NCBI GenBank assembly: GCA_041694835.1
Contig: JBGFRZ010000029.1
Location: 1 to 11,962 of the forward strand
Length of the DNA stretch: 11,962 nucleotides
Origin: Ignavibacteria bacterium
GTDB taxonomy: Bacteria > Elusimicrobiota > Endomicrobiia > PHAN01
Reading direction: 5' to 3'
The notes under the pieces were generated by a model. It was not told the DNA's origin and ran no database searches. It was given only the letters and a program-made list of their open reading frames with translations. Of this stretch, positions 1 through 6,612 are shown piece after piece; position 1 is the first letter of the stretch, and every line of letters starts with the position of its first letter. The translations under genes and the position numbers were made by a program.

Positions 1-111
1 TTGGGTGAAATTTCTTTCAGATTTAATCATAGAGACGAAGACCTTTTTCCGACTATACTGAAGATGTTACAGCACACTCATTTTGATGAAAAATTAGTCC
101 GAATTGTTTAG
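1..111 (+). mobile_element. 3' end of a probable IS1595-family (ISXO2-like DDE) transposase, truncated by the window edge
   Basis: Frame 1 reads LGEISFRFNHRDEDLFPTILKMLQHTHFDEKLVRIV* (TAG at 109-111). The ExxFRFNxR motif is typical of IS1595-family C-termini. TAGCCATTACC (109-119) may be the right inverted repeat. Confidence 0.7.
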
Positions 112-119
112 CCATTACC

Positions 120-151
120 TTGAACAAAATCCGCTTGCGGATTTTGTTCAA
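120..151. terminator. Perfect 15-bp inverted repeat, likely a bidirectional terminator between the converging transposase and tRNA
   Basis: TTGAACAAAATCCGC-TT-GCGGATTTTGTTCAA. The GC core is followed by a T-rich tract on both strands. Confidence 0.55.
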
Positions 152-203
152 AAAAAGTTCGGATTTTGTCCAAAATTCCTGCCAAAATCCAAAAAGTGAA
201 AAT

Positions 204-293
204 TGGCGGAGAGGGGGGGATTCGAACCCCCGATACCCTTACGGGTATACACGCTCTCCAGGCGTGCCGATTAAACCACTCTCGCACCTCTCC
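204..293 (-). tRNA. tRNA-Ser (anticodon GGA), long variable arm, encoded CCA
   Basis: Minus strand reads GGAGAGGTGCGAGAGTGGTTTAATCGGCACGCCTGGAGAGCGTGTATACCCGTAAGGGTATCGGGGGTTCGAATCCCCCCCTCTCCGCCA. Acceptor stem GGAGAGG/CCTCTCC, anticodon arm CACGC-CTGGAGA-GCGTG, T-loop TTCGAAT, discriminator G. Confidence 0.97.
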
Positions 294-319
294 GTTATTA
301 CCTGCTAATGTACTATGAT

Positions 320-677
320 GAGACCGTCGAAAAACTCATCAACCACTTTTTTATTTTTGAACGCAGATGAAAAAAGATTTGAACCACGAAAGCGCGAAAA
401 CACGAAAAATATCGTTCTCTTTTTGTAAATCCCCCTGCTTCGCTTCCCCCTTTACAAAAGGGGGATAGAGGGGGATTTTCCGTGATTTCTAATTTTCGTG
501 ATTTCGTGGTAAAGTTTTTAATCTGCGATAATCCTGTAAATCTGCGTCCTAAAAAATAATTGAACGCAGATGAACGCAGAAACAACTTTGATAAACGCAG
601 ATTAAAGCAACTATAAACTCATCTGCGTAAATCTGCGTCCTATTTCTACTCCACAGAGCGGGGTTTTCAATAATCTA
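320..677. mobile_element. MITE-like non-coding element with nested palindromic repeats and a 5-bp target duplication (ATGAT)
   Basis: Left end GAGACCGTCGAAAAAC (320-335). Right end GGGTTTTCAATAATCTA (661-677). ATGAT flanks both sides (315-319 and 678-682). The ends resemble those of the 6401-6576 element. Confidence 0.6.
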
Positions 678-750
678 ATGATGATACAAAATTATAGAGT
701 TTATTGTAAAATTCACTACGACAACATCGTCGGTAGGTCGTTTAGATTGC

Positions 751-2913
751 TTACGGATTTTTGAGTATTGTTATTTCCACCCTTCTGTTTTGAGTCCTGC
801 CAGCCTCTGTTTTGTTCGACGCCACAGGCCGCTCTTTACCCCATCCTTTTACTGACAACCTCGCCGGCTCAACCCCGTTTTTTACGAGGTAGCTGTAAAT
901 CCCCCACGCTCTTTTGCTGGATAAAACCCTGTTGCTTTCAGCGCTCCCTACAGAGTCAGTATGACCCTCTATAAGGACTTTATTTTGTGGATAGGTATTT
1001 ATTATTTCGATTACTTCGTCCAGCGCTTTTTTTGCTTGCGGCTTTATCTCGGATTTTCCATGGTCGTAAAGAATGTGGCTTGCCATGGTCATAACAAGAC
1101 CGCGCGCTTCTTCTTTCACCCGAACCTCTTTCACAATTTCTTTTACGACTTCCTTTACAGTTTCTTTTGGTGGTCTTATGACGGAGAAGGGAACATCGGA
1201 TATGTGTCTATTGCCCGCATTATCTGCGCCCATAAGTTTTGCAATATAATTACCTTCGGGGATAAAGAGGCCGTAGTAATCGTCTTTTCCATTCCATACA
1301 ACCTCGCTTACGGTTTGTGTAGATTTGAAGGTTTTTACTGATCTTTTCTTTTCGTTGTAAATATTGAGTTGCCAAAAGTCAATGCCCGATAAATCCGACA
1401 ACGACATATAAAATGTTAGATTGTTTTCGAGGCTCTCTTCGGTTATATTAAACGTGCCGGTCGCAAGGGTAAGAAGAACTGCCGGCGGGGTGAGGTCGAT
1501 TTTTATGTCGTAAGCGTCGGATGAAGCGAACGTGGTTCTGTCTTCAGCCGTAAAATATGCCTTATAGGTTCCCTCGGGCGGAATCCCGCCTTTTGCGTCT
1601 TTCCCATCCCACGCTATGATTTTCGGATAACTTTCTTTGTCTGAATATGTTTTGACTGTTGCGCCGGAAGCGTTGTTTATTTTTAATTTCCATGTTTCCA
1701 CTTTCTTAAGTCCGGTAGTTTCAGGTATAAAAAAAACAACGTCCTTCGCCCCGTCGGAATTTGGTGAAAAAACAGTTGGCTCAACTTTGAGCGATATCGG
1801 TATCTTTTTTTTCCTTATATACCAGCCTAAGAACCTCCACTGAAAATCAATCGTGTGAGTGTCTCCGAGCGATGCAAGTGGGTTGTAGGCGTAGTTGATC
1901 TGAATGTTTTTGATTCTGATGCTGGCGCCCGCCGTAAGCCGCGAAATCGAATCTTGGGCGGACTGCTGGAATTTATCCTCAATGTGTCTGTATCCAACTC
2001 GCAGGCCGAGAATCCTCGCTCCGATATGTTCTATCGCCGCGCTATAGACGGGCTTTTTATTTTCCGTCTGATTGTAACCGAAAGCAAGAATTATGTCCGA
2101 GTAGTGTTCAGGAAGCGACCACTTGAACGAAAAACCGCCGAGATAAGTTTTTGGGAGAGAAGGACTGCTATATAAATTGCGGCCCGCAACCCCCGCCGAA
2201 AAGACCTCATCGATTGTTCTTATCAGGAGGCCGGTGTCCGAGCCATATAGAGAGAGCGTCGAGTCGCCTATTACATCGTAGAGATATTTAAGCGAAAGAC
2301 CGAATGAGATGGACGGAAAAATTTTAAGTCCATATCCCAAATTTCCCACTGCTGTATAATATGTGAAATCAGATAATTTTGTTCCGTCTTCAAAACCCTT
2401 GATTTTTGGACCCGAGAAATAATCGGCACTTATGGCGGCAACTCCGAATCCGTCTGGTCTCATATAGCCAAGAGATGTCAACGAGTTTTCAGCCACATAT
2501 ATGTTATGCATCATTTGAAGTTCGGGGGAGTATATAAAGCCTAATCCAGCCGGATTGTAGTGGACAGCGGATGTTTCGTCGGCGATGCTTACAAAGGAGT
2601 CCCCGAAAACGGATGCCCTCGCGCCTTTATTGATATTTAACACATCCGTACCGGCAGAATGCAAATAAATGCAAGAAATAAGAAGTAAGAAGGAAGAAGT
2701 AAGAAGAGCGAATAGCGAATAGAGGAGAGAGATAAGGGGTGAGAGGTCAGAGGTGAGAGAATAAAATGCCGTAAAGCGGAAAGCGTATATCGGAAAGCGG
2801 GAAGCGGAAAGAGTTAAAAGCCGTTCACCCTTCACGCTTTCCGCTTTGCGTTCTTCTCTTCCCGCTTCCAGTTTTCTGTCCTCTGTTCTCTGTCCTCTGT
2901 CTTCTGTCGTCAT
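751..2913 (-). CDS. Outer-membrane protein: PorV/PorQ-like beta-barrel + two FlgD-like Ig domains + C-terminal OmpA-like peptidoglycan-binding domain
   Basis: 720-aa ORF. GARASVFGDSFVSIADETSAVHYNPAGL is a PorV/FadL-like N-terminal motif. FSPNSDG...WDGKD and WNGKD...PEGNY are FlgD-Ig-like. IEGHTDSVG...N..LS..RA...G.G...P.ASN....GR..NRRVEI is OmpA_C. The N-terminal ~80 aa are encoded by heptamer repeats. Confidence 0.85.
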   Translation of the reverse strand: MTTEDRGQRTEDRKLEAGREERKAESVKGERLLTLSASRFPIYAFRFTAFYSLTSDLSPLISLLYSLFALLTSSFLLLISCIYLHSAGTDVLNINKGARASVFGDSFVSIADETSAVHYNPAGLGFIYSPELQMMHNIYVAENSLTSLGYMRPDGFGVAAISADYFSGPKIKGFEDGTKLSDFTYYTAVGNLGYGLKIFPSISFGLSLKYLYDVIGDSTLSLYGSDTGLLIRTIDEVFSAGVAGRNLYSSPSLPKTYLGGFSFKWSLPEHYSDIILAFGYNQTENKKPVYSAAIEHIGARILGLRVGYRHIEDKFQQSAQDSISRLTAGASIRIKNIQINYAYNPLASLGDTHTIDFQWRFLGWYIRKKKIPISLKVEPTVFSPNSDGAKDVVFFIPETTGLKKVETWKLKINNASGATVKTYSDKESYPKIIAWDGKDAKGGIPPEGTYKAYFTAEDRTTFASSDAYDIKIDLTPPAVLLTLATGTFNITEESLENNLTFYMSLSDLSGIDFWQLNIYNEKKRSVKTFKSTQTVSEVVWNGKDDYYGLFIPEGNYIAKLMGADNAGNRHISDVPFSVIRPPKETVKEVVKEIVKEVRVKEEARGLVMTMASHILYDHGKSEIKPQAKKALDEVIEIINTYPQNKVLIEGHTDSVGSAESNRVLSSKRAWGIYSYLVKNGVEPARLSVKGWGKERPVASNKTEAGRTQNRRVEITILKNP
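2674..2910. repeat. Degenerate heptamer array, purine-rich half then pyrimidine-rich half, inside the 5' end of the PorV/OmpA gene
   Basis: Units AGAAGTA, AGCGAAT, AGAGGTN and AAGCGGA on +, switching near 2820 to CGCTTTC and TGTCCTC units. Confidence 0.85.
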
Positions 2914-2917
2914 TGAG

Positions 2918-3730
2918 TTATCTTACCACAGCCAAATGCCTGTTGATTCTTAATTTGTCGCTTTCATCGTAGAGATTTACTATATATATCCCTCGAGCCA
3001 CAAATACTCCGTCTTTGTTTTTGCCGTCCCAATCAACGGTGTAGTAGGCATCTTTAAGAACGGTTATCTTCTCCCACTCTTTTACGAGCGTGCCGGAAAT
3101 TGAAAATATCCTTAATTTGAAATCTCTGTCTCTATCGAAAGCAGAAATCTGTATTTTTGTGATTTTCCCTGATTTAAGGGGATTGTTGAAATCGATTTTC
3201 ATATCCGCTTTCGTTCCGGAAAGAACAACGCTTGCCGACGATGTGAAAAATTTACTGTGCGCCACAAGTGAAGTGGTTTCGGTGGATGCGCCTTTTTCAT
3301 ATACGGAAACACTCCAGTAATATGTCGCCCTGGTATCGAGCCCTTTATTTCCTTCGTATCTTGCCTTTATCAGCGAATAATTTACATAGTTGGTCGCATC
3401 CATTGTTCGCGAAGAAATATGTTTAGTCCATATGGCAGCGGATTCTGTCGCTGACGCTACGTCGATGATAAAATAATCTATTTTATTGCCGTCCGCAACT
3501 TCAAACGAAAACACCGGGTCCCTTCGCGTTTCATCTATCTTTACGATTACCGACGGATTCTCATAAATACCGTCGACTTTCAAAGTTTGTGTGCTTAAGG
3601 TTGTGGCTGACAAAATATTTTGATGAGAAAATATATAGAAAAGACAAATGAGGAGAAAGAAAGGTGCAGGAAGATAAAAACCGGTTGTCGCCGCCTGTAA
3701 GCCGAAGAGCGTTTGCTTCCGAATTTTCAT
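2918..3730 (-). CDS. Secreted protein with a C-terminal FlgD-Ig / T9SS-CTD-like domain
   Basis: 270-aa ORF with a hydrophobic N-terminal segment, an FN3-like YYWSVSV strand, and C-terminal NNP...LRIFSISGTLVK...WDGKNKDGVFVARGIY...LAVVR. Its stop lies 4 nt upstream of the next ATG, suggesting an operon. Confidence 0.75.
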   Translation of the reverse strand: MKIRKQTLFGLQAATTGFYLPAPFFLLICLFYIFSHQNILSATTLSTQTLKVDGIYENPSVIVKIDETRRDPVFSFEVADGNKIDYFIIDVASATESAAIWTKHISSRTMDATNYVNYSLIKARYEGNKGLDTRATYYWSVSVYEKGASTETTSLVAHSKFFTSSASVVLSGTKADMKIDFNNPLKSGKITKIQISAFDRDRDFKLRIFSISGTLVKEWEKITVLKDAYYTVDWDGKNKDGVFVARGIYIVNLYDESDKLRINRHLAVVR

Positions 3731-3778
3731 AAGTTTATGTTATCAAAAGATGAAAAAAAAATCAAATTTTTGTAGAAT

Positions 3779-4045
3779 GAGATTATTGAAAAAGTTCTTC
3801 TACCACACAAGACGCAAAAAAATGTGTAAGAAATTTTTTGCAACAAAGCACAAGTTTTGTAGTTGCAGACCTTGGTCTGCACAAGTGCACAAGTCACTGT
3901 AAATCCCCCTGCTTCGCTTCCCACCAAATCCCCCCTTCCCCCCTTTATTAAAGGGGGAATAAAAGGGGGATTAAGGGGGATTTTCCGTGATTTCCAACTT
4001 TCGTGCTTTCGTGGTAAAGTTTTTTCTCTGTGGCTCTGTGGTGAG
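3779..4045. repeat. Composite repeat region: MITE-like left end, GTAG-headed palindrome, CCCCC/GGGGG hairpin and TTTCGTG repeats
   Basis: GAGATTATTGAAAAA (3779-3793) is identical to 6401-6415. 3898-3922 is identical to 424-448 (25 nt). 3974-4024 matches 469-519 at 48/51. Confidence 0.8.
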
Positions 4046-4058
4046 GCAAAATCCCATT

Positions 4059-4949
4059 ATGGGCGTATTTTACAATCTTTTAGCCAGGGTTTTTATTTTT
4101 ATAGCCGTTGGATGGCTTTTGCAGAAACTCCTTCACAAAAAATTTGAAGCGTTTGAAAAGGCTATCATAAACTTCGTCTATTACTTCGTCGTTCCTTTTT
4201 TCATTTTTGTGTCGATGCTCAGGATGCCGGCTGAGATTGGCGCGGTATGGAGGATAATTCTTTCGAGCGTATTCGTAGTTTTCGGCTGCGGAATTTTAGC
4301 ATTTCTATTTTCAATTTCGATTAAAACACCCTTCAGAAATGTTGTTCTTCCGATATCCATAATGAATAGTGCATACCTGGCCATACCGGCAAACACAGTT
4401 CTTTTCGGAAGTGAGGGAGCTTTCTGGGCCATAATATACAATATTTCCGTAACCATCATACACTTTACCATCGGAATTTTGATAGTAAAAAACGGAGGCG
4501 TCGCACAAATCCGGGATATGCCGGCAATCTATGCCATCATTCTGGGCTTTATCTTCAAATTCGTTTTCGGCGAGTTGCGCTTCACAGCTTTTCTTAAGGA
4601 CGCATACTATTTGATTTCTCAGATACTCCTTCCCATTATGCTGGTCTTTATGGGAATGAAATTGAGCGGATTGAAGTTTTACAAATTGAAAGATGTTTTA
4701 ATCGGAGTTTTTCTGAGGATGGCGGGCGGGTTTCTGCTCGGGATTTTGGCGTTGAAAATATTCGAACTCTCCGGGGCGGCGGCGGGGGTTTGCATGCTCA
4801 CTTCAACTATGCCTTCGGCGATAAATACCTATATAGTTGCGAAAAAATTCAACGCCGACCCCGAATTTGCAAGCGGAATGATTATCTGCGGGATATTGGC
4901 GAGTATCGCCGTTATACCTTTGGTTTTTTTATTTATTTCGGGCGGCTAA
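4059..4949 (+). CDS. AEC (auxin efflux carrier / malonate transporter-like) family permease
   Basis: Highly hydrophobic ORF with NSAYLAIP, P.ML..MG..L and MPSAINTYIVAKKFNADPEFAS motifs. Start moved from 3987 (inside a repeat) to the ATG at 4059, which follows GTGAGG. Confidence 0.88.
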   Translation: MGVFYNLLARVFIFIAVGWLLQKLLHKKFEAFEKAIINFVYYFVVPFFIFVSMLRMPAEIGAVWRIILSSVFVVFGCGILAFLFSISIKTPFRNVVLPISIMNSAYLAIPANTVLFGSEGAFWAIIYNISVTIIHFTIGILIVKNGGVAQIRDMPAIYAIILGFIFKFVFGELRFTAFLKDAYYLISQILLPIMLVFMGMKLSGLKFYKLKDVLIGVFLRMAGGFLLGILALKIFELSGAAAGVCMLTSTMPSAINTYIVAKKFNADPEFASGMIICGILASIAVIPLVFLFISGG

Positions 4950-5321
4950 ATCCATGTCAATGACTTTGTTGACTTCGGTGTTCATAACACAGTTGCCTTC
5001 AAAAATCGCGCCTTCCCCTATTGATAAAAGCGCCGTATGGATATCGCCGTAGACTTGGGCCTTCGTTAGTATTTCGAGATTCTGATATGCCGTTACGTTT
5101 CCTGTGACTTTGCCTCCGACAATGACTATTTTAGCGTTCAAATCACCTGTGACCAGACCCTTTTCGCCGACGACGACCCCCGCAGCCTCGTTTATGTTTC
5201 CTTCAAGTTTTCCGTCTATTCTTACCGCCCCCTTTGTCTTTATGCTCCCCTGAAAGACGGTGTCAGCGCCGATGATAGTTTCCATTTTTCCGATATGATG
5301 AGTTTCTTTTTTTGTGAACAT
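4929..5321 (-). CDS. Bactofilin (polymer-forming cytoskeletal protein)
   Basis: ETIIGADTVFQGSI....AVRIDGKLEGNI...V.GDL.A..V.V.G.V.GNV.A...LEI...A.V.GDI....L.I.EGA.FEG.C.M beta-helix pattern. SD-like GGGAG upstream. Confidence 0.93.
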   Translation of the reverse strand: MFTKKETHHIGKMETIIGADTVFQGSIKTKGAVRIDGKLEGNINEAAGVVVGEKGLVTGDLNAKIVIVGGKVTGNVTAYQNLEILTKAQVYGDIHTALLSIGEGAIFEGNCVMNTEVNKVIDMDLAARNK

Positions 5322-5334
5322 AAGCGTCTCCCGA

Positions 5335-6279
5335 TTATTTTTTTGCGAAGAAATTATCCTCGTCCAGAAAACGTTTTGGATTCAGGATTTTATCATTAAA
5401 TTTGACTTCGTAATGCAGATGATAGCCGGTTGATGTGCCCGTGTCGCCGACTGCAGCGATGATATCTCCTCTTTTTACCATGTCGCCCTGTTTGCAGATT
5501 ATTTTGTTCAGGTGGCCATAAAGCGTCTTGTAGTTGTGGCCATGGTCTACTATGAGCAACTTCCCATAACCTTCCGACCACCCCGTGAAAACCACCCTGC
5601 CATCGGCCGTCGCCACGATTGGCGTGTCTCTGGGAGCGGCGATATCAATGCCGGAATGCAACTCAAAAGTGCCATGTACGGGATGTATTCTAAATCCGTA
5701 TCCCGAGGTTATCCTTCCTTCGGCTGGCCATATATTGGGCGTAGCCCTGTAGAGAGATCTTTGACGATCTACGGTAGTCAGAATCTCGGAGATGCTATTG
5801 AGCCGCGTTTTTGATATCTCTTTGAGTTTCAGCGCTTGCTTGTGAAGTTCTTCCGGCGTGATTTCAAGTTTTCCGCTCAAATACAACTCCAGTTTTTCTA
5901 TTTCTTTCTCGGAAGGCCCGCCTTTTCCTTCTTCGACGATTATCGATTTTTTGCTTTTTAATTCAAGCAACTCTCTGATTTGGTTGTCGTTTTCTTTGAC
6001 CTGATCAAGATACTCTCTCGATTGGTTGAGCTGTTTTGCAAGGAGGGTCATCCTGAGTTTTATGAGGCTGTGCTCCGCCCTTACGCGCCAGTAGTCTATG
6101 TGCTTGCTTGAAAGGTATCCTGCCCATATCGTCAGACCCGTCCAGAAGCAGAAGAGAAAAATCAAAAAAGAAACCGAAAAACTGAACCTCATGGGCTTAA
6201 AGCCCGAGTGGGGAACGAGCATTATCGTAAAGTGTCTTCTCAGTTCCTTTTTAATCCATTGAGACAGTCGATTGGCCAT
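5335..6279 (-). CDS. M23-family metallo-endopeptidase with an N-terminal TM segment and coiled coil
   Basis: TPNIWP..GRITSGYGFRIHP, HSGIDIA (HxxxD), YGHL and STGYHLHYEV (HxH) motifs. Confidence 0.93.
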   Translation of the reverse strand: MANRLSQWIKKELRRHFTIMLVPHSGFKPMRFSFSVSFLIFLFCFWTGLTIWAGYLSSKHIDYWRVRAEHSLIKLRMTLLAKQLNQSREYLDQVKENDNQIRELLELKSKKSIIVEEGKGGPSEKEIEKLELYLSGKLEITPEELHKQALKLKEISKTRLNSISEILTTVDRQRSLYRATPNIWPAEGRITSGYGFRIHPVHGTFELHSGIDIAAPRDTPIVATADGRVVFTGWSEGYGKLLIVDHGHNYKTLYGHLNKIICKQGDMVKRGDIIAAVGDTGTSTGYHLHYEVKFNDKILNPKRFLDEDNFFAKK

Positions 6280-6289
6280 ATAGTTGTTA

Positions 6290-6319
6290 TTTATAGCAAA
6301 TTATCGGGTTTTTTGTCAA
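6290..6319 (-). promoter_or_regulatory. Putative sigma70 promoter for the M23-bactofilin operon
   Basis: Minus strand TTGACA (6319-6314), 18-nt spacer ending in TGC, then TATAAA (6295-6290), 10 nt before the ATG at 6279. Confidence 0.55.
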
Positions 6320-6371
6320 GTTTATATATATATACCAAAAAATTTGACGAGCGTCAAGGTTTTTTTATGTT

Positions 6372-6400
6372 TTGGAAAGTGAGGATAATTTATGTATAAT
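6372..6400 (+). promoter_or_regulatory. Putative sigma70 promoter for the kinase/RRE/rSAM operon
   Basis: TTGGAA (6372-6377), 17-nt spacer, TATAAT (6395-6400). Confidence 0.55.
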
Positions 6401-6576
6401 GAGATTATTGAAAAACCCATCTTTTTCACTTAAAGGGCAGTTTCTTAACGGTTAAAAGTTTCAATCAGACCGCAAAACTCCTCGCTTTGCTCGTCAGACA
6501 TTGCGGTCTAAACGATTTCAACTTTTAACCTGAAACTGCCAAATCGTTCAAAAGATTAAGGTTTTTCAACGAGCTC
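6401..6576. mobile_element. 176-bp MITE with terminal inverted repeats, a 5-bp target duplication (ATAAT) and a long internal hairpin
   Basis: TIRs GAGATTATTGAAAAACC and GGTTTTTCAACGAGCTC match at 14/17. ATAAT at 6396-6400 and 6577-6581. Internal arms: 6436-6444/6532-6540, 6450-6460/6520-6530, 6467-6475/6501-6509. Confidence 0.8.
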
Positions 6577-6612
6577 ATAATTTTAAGTGGTGCATTGGGG
6601 AAGAAGCGAAAT

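Noticed and set aside
120-308. 62-aa ORF on +
   Set aside because: It is antisense to tRNA-Ser and runs through the hairpin, so it is a shadow ORF.
313-585. 90-aa ORF on - (also 3727-3927 and 3863-4147)
   Set aside because: These are translations of palindromic repeat DNA (NPPLSPFCKGG, SPLPPFIKGG) with no protein-family motifs.
3779-4058. Complete third MITE with a target duplication
   Set aside because: The left end is clear, but I found no convincing right TIR followed by AGAAT.
4059-4949. AEC permease as the RiPP exporter
   Set aside because: It is separated from the cassette by an opposite-strand operon, and the family is known for small organic acids. Nothing in the sequence links the two.
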